Assembly: GCA_964599075.1 (NCBI GenBank) | Contig: CAZREG010000008.1 | Span: 8,972-72,971, forward strand | Origin: an uncultured Spirochaetaceae bacterium | Lineage (GTDB): Bacteria > Spirochaetota > Spirochaetia > DSM-27196 > SLST01 | Reading direction: 5' to 3' | Length of the DNA: 64,000 nt | In this document: one piece after another, positions 46,695-56,146 of the stretch | Position numbering within the stretch: the first letter of the stretch is position 1 | Layout: every line of letters begins with the position of its first letter | Notes under the pieces: generated by a model | What the model saw: only the letters and a program-made list of their open reading frames with translations | Database searches by the model: none | Told to the model about the DNA's origin: nothing | Made by a program: the position numbers and the translations under genes

Positions 46695-47976
46695 GGTGTT
46701 GTTGCCCAAACAGGGTAACTCAGTCGAGAGCTGCATCATTGTCCAGTGGAAGGTGGATGAAGGCGCATCGGTCTCCAAAGGAGACCCGATTCTCGAGGTG
46801 GAAACCGACAAGGCGACCATGGAGGTGGAATCCACAGCCGACGGCGTGCTGCTCAGGCAGCTCGTTGGGGAAGGCGATGACGTACCGGTCCTCTCCCCCA
46901 TCGCTATTGTAGGAGAGGCGGGGGAGAAGGTAGATGTCCCGGGCAAGGCCGATGATAATCGGTCCGTCTCAACTGGCTCAGCCGACGGCGGCTCTGCGAA
47001 ATCCGCCGGACGGCAATCGTCAAAGGAGGCTGTCGCGACCGCACCGGCGGATGCAGCCGGGTCCGGGAGCTCCCCGGGCCGCACCCACACCGGCGGTGCA
47101 AAGATCAGCCCGCGGGCCCGAAAGCTCGCAGAGAAGCTGGACGTGGACTACTCCGCTCTCTCCGGCAGCGGACCGGGTGGCCGAATAATGGCGCGGGACG
47201 TTGAAACCGCTACGCCCCGGGCAGCCGGCGAAGCCGCTGGGTCAGCGGCCCACGAAGGCGCAACAGCCGCCGCAGTCGGACGGCCGGCTCAGATTGCCGA
47301 GAGCGTCCAGATCAAGGGCGTGCGCAAGCTCATTGCAGAGCGGATGCATGCCTCGCTGGCCACTACCGCGCAGCTTACCATGGATGCAAGCGCGGACGCC
47401 CGCCAGATCCTTGGCTACCGCAAACGGCTGAAGGCCTCCGGTGATGAGCAGCTGCAGGCTGTCTCCATCAACGACCTGATCCTCTTTGCCGTCAGCAGAA
47501 CGGTAGCCGCGTCCCCGGATCTCAACCGAACCTTTGAGAGTGGGACGGTGACCAGCTATCACGGCGTGAACCTGGGGTTCGCCGTGGATACACCAAAGGG
47601 GCTTATGGTACCGGTCATCCCGGGAGCAGACACGCTTTCACTGGTGGAACTCGCTCGTCAGGCGCACACACTCGCAGAGAGGTGTCTGTCAGGATCGGTC
47701 TCCCCTGATGATCTGCGGGGTGGGACGTTCACCGTGACGAATCTTGGTGCGTTCGGGATCGAGCGGTTCACACCGGTGCTTAATCCCCCGCAGGTTGGAA
47801 TTCTTGGGGTCTGCGCCGTCACACAGAAGCCAGCCCCGGATGGCGAGGGAACGATCCCCATGATGGGACTCTCTCTCACCATTGATCATCAGATAGTAGA
47901 TGGTGCGCCGGCAGCGCGGTTCCTCAACGCCATGACAGAGGCCGTTGCGCAACTTGACCTGACGCTCGCGAAATAG
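46684..47976 (+). CDS. Dihydrolipoamide acyltransferase (E2)
   Basis: Lipoyl domain ETDKA, subunit-binding domain SPRARKLA...GSGPGGRI, catalytic TVTNLG...DHQIVDG. Confidence 0.93.
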   Translation: MASEVLLPKQGNSVESCIIVQWKVDEGASVSKGDPILEVETDKATMEVESTADGVLLRQLVGEGDDVPVLSPIAIVGEAGEKVDVPGKADDNRSVSTGSADGGSAKSAGRQSSKEAVATAPADAAGSGSSPGRTHTGGAKISPRARKLAEKLDVDYSALSGSGPGGRIMARDVETATPRAAGEAAGSAAHEGATAAAVGRPAQIAESVQIKGVRKLIAERMHASLATTAQLTMDASADARQILGYRKRLKASGDEQLQAVSINDLILFAVSRTVAASPDLNRTFESGTVTSYHGVNLGFAVDTPKGLMVPVIPGADTLSLVELARQAHTLAERCLSGSVSPDDLRGGTFTVTNLGAFGIERFTPVLNPPQVGILGVCAVTQKPAPDGEGTIPMMGLSLTIDHQIVDGAPAARFLNAMTEAVAQLDLTLAK

Positions 47977-47985
47977 GAGAAGGAA

Positions 47986-50442
47986 ATGCCACAGTCACAG
48001 GTAATCAACCCGGAAGAAGTCCGAAAGGGCGGGACAATAAAGCTGGGTGAGATCCCCATCAATCAGTACAACGCGACGCCAAAACAGGAGGTGAAGCGTT
48101 ACGGGAAGGAGCGCCTCACGCGTGCGCTCTACGACATGATGACCATCCGCGAGTTCGAGTCCATGCTCAACGAGATCAAGATGCAGGGCAGCTACCGCGG
48201 AATTGAGTACACGCACAAAGGGCCGGCCCACCTCTCGATAGGACAGGAGTCCACGGCCGTCGGGGTGGCAATGGAACTGGAGGTGGAGGACTTCATCTTT
48301 GGAAGCCACCGCAGCCACGGAGAGATCCTGGCGAAGTGCTACTCCGCAATCACACAGCTTGATGATGCAGCACTCGACCGGACAATGCGCGATTACTTTG
48401 GTGGTGAGATCCTCAGCGTTGTGGAGCCGGGATCAGACGGTGGTGTCACGGAGCTTGCGGAAGATTTCGTGCTTTACGGAACCCTCGCAGAGATCTTCGC
48501 ACGCAAGACCGGATTCAACCGCGGTCTCGGTGGCAGCATGCACGCCTTCTTTGCCCCGTTCGGCAGCATGCCGAACAACGCTATCGTTGGCGGCAGCGCG
48601 GACATTGCGCTCGGCTCGGCGCTGTTCAAGCGTATCAACCGCAAGCCGGGCATCGTCATCGCAAGCGTTGGTGATGCCTCTATGGGCTGCGGCCCGGTCT
48701 GGGAGGCGATGATGCTCAGCGCCATGGATCAGTACCACTCGCTCTGGCAGGAGGATATCGGTGGGGCACCGCCGGTGTTGTTTAACTTTATCAACAACTT
48801 CTACGGCATGGGTGGCCAGACATCCGGGGAAACGATGGGTTTTGGTGTTCTTGCCCGCGCCGGCGCCGGCGTGAACGCGGAAATGATGCATGCTGAACGT
48901 GTTGACGGCTACAACCCGCTTGCCGTCGCCGACGCAATTGCGCGCAAGAAGGAGCTCCTGCTTGCCGGCAGAGGTCCCGCGCTCATGGACACCATCACCT
49001 ACCGCATAAGCGGCCACTCGCCCAGCGATGCGTCGAGCTATCGGACCAAAGAGGAGATCCAGCTCTGGCAGGAGGCGGATGCTCTGGCAAGCTTCAGCGA
49101 ACGCCTCAAAGAGGCTGAAGTGGTGAGCGAGAGCGAGATTGGCGCCATGCAGGAGAAGATCATCGGGAAGATCGAGAAGGCGATGCGCCTTGCCATCGAC
49201 ATGGAAAAGAGTCCTCGGGTGCCCGGGAAGTTTATAGGTGAGGTGATGTTCAGCAACTCACCAACCGAGAAGCTCGACGACCGGGAGCCTGAGGTGATGC
49301 TACCGCGGGAAGAGAATCCACGGGTGAAGCAGATCGCTCGCAAAAGCCGCAGCGCATTTGACGAGAACGGTGAAGAACTCTCCCGGATGAAGGTTGTCGC
49401 CTACCGCGATGCGCTCTTTGAGGCTGTTGTTCACCGGTTCTACGAGGACCCCACGCTTGCAGCCTGGGGGGAGGAGAACCGGGACTGGGGTGGCGCGTTT
49501 GCGGTGTATCGGGGCCTCACGGAGGCGCTGCCTTACCACAGGCTGTTTAACAGCTCGATCAGTGAGGGCGCGATTGTAGGTACGGGTGTTGGCTATGCTC
49601 TCAGCGGAGGCCGTGCGCTTGTTGAGCTCATGTACTGTGACTTCATGGGCCGCGCCGGGGATGAAATATTCAACCAGGCCGCCAAGTGGCAGAGCATGAG
49701 TGCCGGCGTCCTGAAGATGCCCTTGGTGGTACGAGTGAGTGTGGGCAGCAAGTACGGTGCACAGCACAGTCAGGACTGGACCAGCCTGGTCGCGCACATC
49801 CCGGGTCTCAAGGTCATGTTTCCGGCAACTCCGTACGACGCAAAGGGCATGCTCAATCTGGCCCTGCGGGGAACAGATCCGGTCATCTTCTTCGAGAGCC
49901 AGCGTCTCTATGACATTGGTGAGCAGTTCCACCCCCAGGGCGTGCCGGAGGGCTACTATGAGATCCCGGAGGGGGAGCCTGATGTAAAACGTGAGGGGAC
50001 CGATCTCACAATCGTGACGGTTGGCGCGACGCTCTATGTGGCGCTCGAGGCGGCGGAGGAGCTTGAACAGAAGTACGGAGTAAGCACGGAGGTTATCGAC
50101 GCACGCTTTATCAACCCGCTGAACATTGGGGCGATAAACGCCAGCGTTGCGAAAACCGGCAAGCTGGTGCTCGCAAGTGACGCCTGTGACCGAGCAAGCT
50201 TCCTGCATACCATCGCGAGTCAGGTGACGCAGACCGCATTTGATGAGCTGGACGGTCCCCCGGTGGTAGTGGGAAGCCGAAACTGGATCACCCCGGCGGT
50301 AGAGATGGAACCGGAGTTCTTCCCGCAGAAAGAGTGGATCATTGACGCAATCCACGAGCGGGTCCTGCCGCTTGCGGGCCACACGGTGACAACAGAACAG
50401 AGTGAGCAGGCGCTCATAGATCGATATAAGGCCGGCGTGTAA
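47986..50442 (+). CDS. Fused E1 alpha/beta ThDP-dependent dehydrogenase (2-oxoacid/acetoin dehydrogenase superfamily)
   Basis: HLSIGQE, HRSHG, GGSMH, ThDP motif GDAS...NNFY, TYR..GHS.SD. Beta part GEE, ISE..IVG, ELMYCDF, HSQ, P.TPYDAKG, DP.IFFE. Confidence 0.92.
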   Translation: MPQSQVINPEEVRKGGTIKLGEIPINQYNATPKQEVKRYGKERLTRALYDMMTIREFESMLNEIKMQGSYRGIEYTHKGPAHLSIGQESTAVGVAMELEVEDFIFGSHRSHGEILAKCYSAITQLDDAALDRTMRDYFGGEILSVVEPGSDGGVTELAEDFVLYGTLAEIFARKTGFNRGLGGSMHAFFAPFGSMPNNAIVGGSADIALGSALFKRINRKPGIVIASVGDASMGCGPVWEAMMLSAMDQYHSLWQEDIGGAPPVLFNFINNFYGMGGQTSGETMGFGVLARAGAGVNAEMMHAERVDGYNPLAVADAIARKKELLLAGRGPALMDTITYRISGHSPSDASSYRTKEEIQLWQEADALASFSERLKEAEVVSESEIGAMQEKIIGKIEKAMRLAIDMEKSPRVPGKFIGEVMFSNSPTEKLDDREPEVMLPREENPRVKQIARKSRSAFDENGEELSRMKVVAYRDALFEAVVHRFYEDPTLAAWGEENRDWGGAFAVYRGLTEALPYHRLFNSSISEGAIVGTGVGYALSGGRALVELMYCDFMGRAGDEIFNQAAKWQSMSAGVLKMPLVVRVSVGSKYGAQHSQDWTSLVAHIPGLKVMFPATPYDAKGMLNLALRGTDPVIFFESQRLYDIGEQFHPQGVPEGYYEIPEGEPDVKREGTDLTIVTVGATLYVALEAAEELEQKYGVSTEVIDARFINPLNIGAINASVAKTGKLVLASDACDRASFLHTIASQVTQTAFDELDGPPVVVGSRNWITPAVEMEPEFFPQKEWIIDAIHERVLPLAGHTVTTEQSEQALIDRYKAGV

Positions 50443-50462
50443 GGCGCGGCAAGGAGACAGAA

Positions 50463-51743
50463 GTGACTACAACAGCAGTTCGGATGTACGGCAAGAAGGA
50501 CCTCAGGCTCGAGAGTTTTGAGCTCCCTGAGATCAAAGATGATGAAATTCTCGCCCACATTGTGAGTGACAGCATCTGCATGTCCAGCTACAAGGCGGCA
50601 AAGCAGGGCTCCGATCACAAGCGGGTACCGGCAGACATTGGCACGAATCCGGTTCTCATTGGCCACGAGTTCTGTGGAGAGCTCGTGCAGGTTGGTGAGA
50701 AGTGGAAGGGCCAGTTCAAGGAGGGGCAGAAGTTCGGCATCCAGCCTGCCATGTTTTACGAGGGCGGCCCGGTTGGCATCCTCAGCGCTCCAGGCTACAG
50801 CTATCGCTACATTGGCGGAGATGCCACCTACATCGTGATTCCCAAAGAGGTGATGGAACAGGGGTGCCTGCTGCCTTACTCCGGCAGCGCATACTTCATG
50901 GGAAGCTTGAGTGAGCCGGTAAGCTGCATCGCCGGCGCCTTCCACGCGCAGTACCACACCACCCAGGGCTCCTACGAGCACAAGATGGGCATTGTTGAAG
51001 GCGGCACAATGGCGCTGCTCGCAGGCGTTGGTCCCATGGGCCTGGGGGCAATTGACTACGCGATCCACAACCCGGTGAAGCCGCGGCTGCTGGTGGTGAC
51101 GGACATCAATCAGGAGCGGCTGGACCGGGCGGAATCAATCTACACCGTTGAGCAGGCAGAACAGCAGGGTGTGGAACTTCACTACCTCAATACTGCCGGC
51201 ATGAGTGACCCGGTTGCAGAAATAAAGAAGAAGAACGGCGGCAACGGCTACGATGACGTTTTTGTCTTTGCGCCGGTGAAGCCGGTCGTTGAACAGGGGG
51301 ACGCTCTGCTGGGCAACGATGGATGCCTGAACTTCTTTGCCGGACCCACGGACACCGAGTTCAGCGCGAACTTCAACTTCTACAACGTCCACTATGAGGC
51401 ACACCACGTGGTGGGAACCTCAGGCGGCAACACGGATGACATCAAAGAGGCCCTAGAACTCATGAGCCGGGACGTGGTGAAGCCGGTCGCGATGATCACC
51501 CATGTGGGCGGCATCAACGCTGTTGTGGAGACAACGATCAACCTTCCTGATATCCCCGGGGGAAAGAAGCTGATCTATACAAACAAGAACCTCCCGCTGG
51601 TCGGGATTGACGACTTCGCGGAGAAAGGCAAGACCGATCCCTTCTACGCCCGCCTCGCAGAGATCTGCGCGAAAAACAACAACCTGTGGAGCGAAGAGGC
51701 GGAGAGATATCTGCTGGAGAATGCACCGGATATCGACTCATAG
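50463..51743 (+). CDS. MDR-family dehydrogenase, L-sorbose-1-phosphate reductase (SorE)-like
   Basis: AVRMYGKKDLRLESFELP, SDSICMSSYK, GHEF, AGVGPMG, FFAGP, VGTSGG, KKLIY. GTG start with SD GGAG. Confidence 0.85.
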   Translation: MTTTAVRMYGKKDLRLESFELPEIKDDEILAHIVSDSICMSSYKAAKQGSDHKRVPADIGTNPVLIGHEFCGELVQVGEKWKGQFKEGQKFGIQPAMFYEGGPVGILSAPGYSYRYIGGDATYIVIPKEVMEQGCLLPYSGSAYFMGSLSEPVSCIAGAFHAQYHTTQGSYEHKMGIVEGGTMALLAGVGPMGLGAIDYAIHNPVKPRLLVVTDINQERLDRAESIYTVEQAEQQGVELHYLNTAGMSDPVAEIKKKNGGNGYDDVFVFAPVKPVVEQGDALLGNDGCLNFFAGPTDTEFSANFNFYNVHYEAHHVVGTSGGNTDDIKEALELMSRDVVKPVAMITHVGGINAVVETTINLPDIPGGKKLIYTNKNLPLVGIDDFAEKGKTDPFYARLAEICAKNNNLWSEEAERYLLENAPDIDS

Positions 51744-51753
51744 CCCACCATTT

Positions 51754-51780
51754 CCGGGGACCACGACCGCTGGTCCCCGG
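51754..51780 (+). terminator. 10-bp stem-loop after the sorE-like gene (no U-tract)
   Basis: CCGGGGACCA(51754-51763)-N7-TGGTCCCCGG(51771-51780). Confidence 0.45.
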
Positions 51781-51823
51781 TCTGCTCCCTTATCGAACAG
51801 GGAACGTCCGTATCACACAGCTC

Positions 51824-51852
51824 TTGACCCTCGAATCTCCGCATGGTAGTAT
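51824..51852 (+). promoter_or_regulatory. Extended -10 sigma70 promoter of the radical SAM gene, near-leaderless
   Basis: TTGACC(51824-51829)-N17-TAGTAT(51847-51852) preceded by TGG, ATG at 51861 eight nt downstream. Confidence 0.65.
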
Positions 51853-51860
51853 CACAATCT

Positions 51861-53219
51861 ATGAAAAGTGGAGTTATTGACTTTAATTACTGGTATAGAG
51901 TTGATGACGGAATTACCTTCGCGTTCGACCTGCGTCAGAATCGATTCATCACTGTCACCGGTGATGACCCGCATGGTGCTGTGAAGGCGGTCAGAGAACT
52001 TCGTTCCGAGGCGGAGCGTAAAGTCCAGACGAGTACCCGTTCCGCACTATCACGGCTGAAGATCAGCAGTTCCGGCGCCTGTGGCCGGGATTGCACCTAC
52101 TGCTTCGGTGGAGACCGACGCTCTGAGCCGGTACCGCGGGAGGTGGCTCGACTGGCCATTGAAACCCTTGTGGAAACGCTTGGCCCGGACGCGCCATACT
52201 ACGAGATATACTACGACACCGGGTCGCAGCCGCTCGAACATCACGAGGGGCTTGCCTGTTTGTTGGAGACAGGTGCGGAGCTCGAAGCGCAAACGGGTAA
52301 ACGAATTGTCTGGCGCGTTGCAACAAACGGTGGAGAGACCGCAAGAGCGGGAGAGACCCTTGCGCGAATCCGTGATGTCGGCGGTAGCGTGGTGCTGCGG
52401 ATTGACGGGCCTCGCGACATACACAACCGCGCTCGCGTCCATCGTAACGGCCACGTTCCCCACGAGCAGGCGCTCGAGACCTTCGATCTCGCCCGCAAGC
52501 TATCTGTCCCGGTAGAAGGTGAGGCGATCATAACCGGTGACTATCCGTACCCGGCGAGAGTCTTCACCTACCTGCGCGATCTCGGGTTCAGCCGGATTGC
52601 GACGCGTCCGGTCAGGTCAAACCGTGTCTATGACCTCCAGGTAGCACGATTCAGGACGGGGTACGAGGATCTGTTCTCGGTGCTTCGACACTCCGTACGA
52701 TCAGGCCAGGAGGACGTATTCCGACAGCTCGCGAACGATCAGGCTCTCTCGCCGCTCTGGCGACTGCTGCCCGGACTCGAAAATCAAACCCGGCAGCAAT
52801 CCGAGATTGTTGTTGATGCAAAGGGCTTCTTTCATGTCTGTGATCGCTTGGTGGGAAGTCAATCCCGCGTCGTCGGAAGTATGCAAGACGGGATCAATTG
52901 GAACTCGGTGGATCAGGACCCGGAGGTGATTCCCCGCAGCCCCTGCACGCATTGCTGGGCTAGATTCGCATGTGGAGGTGCCTGCAGGCTTACCGGCATC
53001 TACAAGAACCTTGCACCGCAGAGCATTGACCGCTTGCCTTGCGAGTTCAACGAGTTCCTCGTGCAGAAAAATCTGGAGCTGATAGCGTACGCCGCGGCTC
53101 CCGTGAACCGATTGGAACTGATTCGAAAGGGGCTACTCGCGACCGTCCCCGAATCAGGATCAACGGGAGACGTCGCTCAGGCAACTGCGATAGACCCGAT
53201 CAAAGCGAGAGGCGGCTGA
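51861..53219 (+). CDS. Radical SAM/SPASM domain protein (anSME/peptide-maturase-like)
   Basis: CGRDCTYC, ATNG, IDGPRDIHN..R, G..HVC, CTHCWARFACGGAC...C. Confidence 0.82.
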   Translation: MKSGVIDFNYWYRVDDGITFAFDLRQNRFITVTGDDPHGAVKAVRELRSEAERKVQTSTRSALSRLKISSSGACGRDCTYCFGGDRRSEPVPREVARLAIETLVETLGPDAPYYEIYYDTGSQPLEHHEGLACLLETGAELEAQTGKRIVWRVATNGGETARAGETLARIRDVGGSVVLRIDGPRDIHNRARVHRNGHVPHEQALETFDLARKLSVPVEGEAIITGDYPYPARVFTYLRDLGFSRIATRPVRSNRVYDLQVARFRTGYEDLFSVLRHSVRSGQEDVFRQLANDQALSPLWRLLPGLENQTRQQSEIVVDAKGFFHVCDRLVGSQSRVVGSMQDGINWNSVDQDPEVIPRSPCTHCWARFACGGACRLTGIYKNLAPQSIDRLPCEFNEFLVQKNLELIAYAAAPVNRLELIRKGLLATVPESGSTGDVAQATAIDPIKARGG

Positions 53220-53228
53220 CAAAAGAAT

Positions 53229-53684
53229 CTACAGCTGATACCGCAGTCCAATGGCTCCCATGACATCAAGCTCGGTTGCGGGGATAAGGTTGAGTCCGGG
53301 CGCGATCTCCAGGAAAGCCTCGAGCGGAAGGTCGGGGAAATTGTAGAACAGACCGATCGGGACCCGAGCGCCGACCACCGGTTGGTCGCTAAGGTAGATC
53401 TTTGGCCCAACACCGACGAAGAACAGAAGCTGCACTGCTTCCACGTCTATCTGTTCGAAGTACTGCTGATAGTCGACGTGAAGATAGAGTGACCCGCCTG
53501 CGCCGCTCTCACCGCGCGGAACGAGAGACCAGGCTACGGCCAGATCGAGCGACGCGGCTGTTCCAAGCACCTGCCGAACGCTCAGGCCGGTCGGTTCTCC
53601 TGCTATCACACCAATGCTCGTCTGAGCTCCCAGGGTGCCGGCAAAGGTTGCCAGCGCAATAAAGGCAACTGCTGCTCTTTTCAT
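53229..53684 (-). CDS. Small outer-membrane beta-barrel protein (DUF3996-like)
   Basis: Signal peptide, IG...GEPTGLS, LYLHVDY, GARVPIG, FLEIAPG, terminal GLRYQL. Confidence 0.75.
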   Translation of the reverse strand: MKRAAVAFIALATFAGTLGAQTSIGVIAGEPTGLSVRQVLGTAASLDLAVAWSLVPRGESGAGGSLYLHVDYQQYFEQIDVEAVQLLFFVGVGPKIYLSDQPVVGARVPIGLFYNFPDLPLEAFLEIAPGLNLIPATELDVMGAIGLRYQL

Positions 53685-53691
53685 ATCATCC

Positions 53692-54828
53692 TCACTTTAA
53701 CATGCTCTGGCCGCCGGTGACGGGTACCGCCTGGCCTGTCTCATAAACCTGCTCAACTACGTAGAGCAGAGCCCGAACCACGTCTCCACCCGTGCACCCA
53801 CGGCCGAGCGGGACCTTCGCCTCGTACGCGGCCCGGACCTCCTCCACCGTCTTCGCCCCGGGTACCTTCCCCGCCTGGAGATACTGCACAAAGAGTCCCT
53901 TCTCCGGGTCGGACCAGAGGGGCCCGTCCAGGAAGTTGCCGGGGCACAGTGCGTTCACCTTGATCCGGTCCTCAACAAGCTCAAGCGCAAAGCTCTGCAC
54001 CAACCCTATTCCGCCGAACTTGCTTCCGGCGTACGCCCCGTTCTTGTTGCTGCCGATCAGACCGCTTTTGGAGTTGATCTGAACGATGTCCGTGAGATAG
54101 CTTGCCGGGGCAGCTGCATTCTGGACAGCCATCACTTGAGCCGCATACTTCGTGCAGACAAAAAAGCCGTTGTAGTTCACGTTGGTCACAAACGAAAAGT
54201 CACGACCGCTGAGCTCCTTCACACTTCCGGATTTCACGACCCCCGCGTTCGCAACGAACAGATCTATACCGCCGGCACGATCAACCAGCGTCTCAAGGAG
54301 TGCCTCAACGCTCTGTTCACTCGACACGTCAACGGTAGCACCAAAGGTACGCGGCCCGTGCTTCGCGTTGAGCTCTGCTGCAAGCGCATCCGCCCCCTCC
54401 CGGTTGAGGTCGGCTATACAGACAAGAGCGCCGTTATCCACCAGTCCGCGGACAAGCTGCTCGCCAAATCCCTGGGCGCCACCGGTCACAACGGCAACCC
54501 GACCACGAACAACGTTTTCGCGACCGACTGCGGAGGCGGCCTCACGCAGCGGTTCAGCGCTGCGGTCGGTGAACGGCGAGAGGGTGGCCCCGGTACGACA
54601 GAGGGTTCCATCCTCAAACTCGATCTCCCGCGGGATCCCCTGCTGCTGGACAAACTCCTGGAGCAGCGAGTTGATTGCTCCAGCGTCGTCAGTTAGCGGG
54701 ACGCCTGTCATGCGGGGGGACACAGCCCCGGCAGGCGATCGGTCTGCGAGCCGGATAATTGTAGGGGGTGCACCAAACTGCGCGAGGCCCCCGCGAAGAA
54801 GCGCAATACTCTGGTGAATCTGCTTCAT
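53692..54828 (-). CDS. Sorbitol-6-phosphate 2-dehydrogenase-like SDR with N-terminal extra domain
   Basis: TGGAQGFG, ANAG, QINSKSG..GS.KN.AYAGSKFGG.GL.QS.ALEL, PGNF.DGPLW, GQAVPVTGGQ.M. Confidence 0.85.
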   Translation of the reverse strand: MKQIHQSIALLRGGLAQFGAPPTIIRLADRSPAGAVSPRMTGVPLTDDAGAINSLLQEFVQQQGIPREIEFEDGTLCRTGATLSPFTDRSAEPLREAASAVGRENVVRGRVAVVTGGAQGFGEQLVRGLVDNGALVCIADLNREGADALAAELNAKHGPRTFGATVDVSSEQSVEALLETLVDRAGGIDLFVANAGVVKSGSVKELSGRDFSFVTNVNYNGFFVCTKYAAQVMAVQNAAAPASYLTDIVQINSKSGLIGSNKNGAYAGSKFGGIGLVQSFALELVEDRIKVNALCPGNFLDGPLWSDPEKGLFVQYLQAGKVPGAKTVEEVRAAYEAKVPLGRGCTGGDVVRALLYVVEQVYETGQAVPVTGGQSMLK

Positions 54829-54846
54829 TACTATCTCCTTGAGTCT

Positions 54847-56145
54847 CTACCAATCGACAAGCTGGTACGCCTGTTCCGGATGCGCCGGATCAATGGCGCG
54901 GCCAATGCGTGCGTATCTCTCAATACGTTCGCCAAGCGTCACTCCGGATCCGGATGACTCACTGAAAAGCGAGAGCGATGCGTCGTGGCTGGTAAGTTTC
55001 TCGTGTGCAATAAGCGCCCAGGTCGCCGCAATGAGGTGGGTAAACTCTGGTTGCATGATCTGAGGACAGGTGAACTCCTGTCGGGAAGAGTTGATATCCA
55101 CCCCGCTGATCTCCATCAGTGAGTGCCTTGTGCACAGCTCCTGAACCCGTCGCAGTTGCTGAACCGTGTTTCGTGGAGGCATGTAAGTGACGGCCCTGAA
55201 CCCAAGGCCCTTGATCACGGAAAACAGCTCGTCGAGATAAGAGTCCTCAAACATCTCCGCCTTTTTATCCCCGGTGGGACTCTCTCCCACGTCACCCAGA
55301 TAGGCGTAGGCTGGGACTGCCTCCAGAGACACGCCAAAAGAGACCACCTGCTCGACCGGGATGCACTCGTCCTCGTCCGGTTGTTCAAAAAATCTCGGGA
55401 GGAAGGTGCTCTTCATGGCCCCCAGCAGATCGTACTCGTAGTGCGGATTGGTCTGGTCGTCCAGGTAGCCGGCAAGACGTGCAGGAAGGCTGCCTGTCAG
55501 ATTACTCTCAAGCCAGTTCCGCAGCTGGGACCCGCGCCCTTTCCAGGCCACCAGCGCTTTTGCGGCGGCGAACAGGAGGTGACGCTCGGTTATACTCCCG
55601 CCCTCCTCCGAGCGCGAGAGTGCTGAAACATCCTCCCAGCTCACCTCCGGGGCTCCGGACTCTGTAAGCAACCGGCTCATTGCGACGGTCTGGGACCGAT
55701 TGCGCTCGTTGCGACGTGCTCGTAGCGGCGTAAGAAACGCCTCCACCTCAGGGATCCTATCCCGCGGGACTCCGTGAAGCACCATGTAGGCGATATTGGT
55801 GCTGTCAGGATTGTTGAGCTTTCGTCCTTCCAGCGGCGTCCCAGAGAAGTTCACCCGCAGCTCGCACCCCACGGTGCTGCCGATCTCCAGGATCCTGCCC
55901 GCCTCAAGCATCTCTCGGGCAGCAGCGATTGAATCGTGATCCACACTTCCGACCGCCTGAAGACCAGCCTCTCTCGCCATCCATGCGGCAGCAGTGGGTG
56001 AATAGGGACTGAACGAATAAAACGTGTGTACGTGGTTGTTGACCTCTTCAAGCGGCGGGGGCGGTGCAGTGTCACCGGCAAGCAGGGCAAGGGCGGCAAG
56101 ACGCTCATCCGGCGTCGCGGCGTTGAGTTGTACCAACGGTTCCAT
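54847..56145 (-). CDS. PHP domain protein
   Basis: NNHVHT.YS, DHDS, GCE, LHGV, AYAYLGD, GVDIN. Confidence 0.82.
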   Translation of the reverse strand: MEPLVQLNAATPDERLAALALLAGDTAPPPPLEEVNNHVHTFYSFSPYSPTAAAWMAREAGLQAVGSVDHDSIAAAREMLEAGRILEIGSTVGCELRVNFSGTPLEGRKLNNPDSTNIAYMVLHGVPRDRIPEVEAFLTPLRARRNERNRSQTVAMSRLLTESGAPEVSWEDVSALSRSEEGGSITERHLLFAAAKALVAWKGRGSQLRNWLESNLTGSLPARLAGYLDDQTNPHYEYDLLGAMKSTFLPRFFEQPDEDECIPVEQVVSFGVSLEAVPAYAYLGDVGESPTGDKKAEMFEDSYLDELFSVIKGLGFRAVTYMPPRNTVQQLRRVQELCTRHSLMEISGVDINSSRQEFTCPQIMQPEFTHLIAATWALIAHEKLTSHDASLSLFSESSGSGVTLGERIERYARIGRAIDPAHPEQAYQLVDW

Positions 56146-56146
56146 A

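Noticed and set aside
46684-50442. Calling the E1/E2 pair pyruvate dehydrogenase (pdhABC) or acetoin dehydrogenase (acoABC)
   Set aside because: Fused E1 with an insertion, a variant ThDP motif and sugar-phosphate context do not support a specific symbol, so it was left unassigned.
51744-51860. RiPP precursor peptide next to the radical SAM gene
   Set aside because: The interval holds only a hairpin and a promoter. No SD-led or Cys/Ser/Thr-rich short ORF was found, and the downstream gap is 9 bp.
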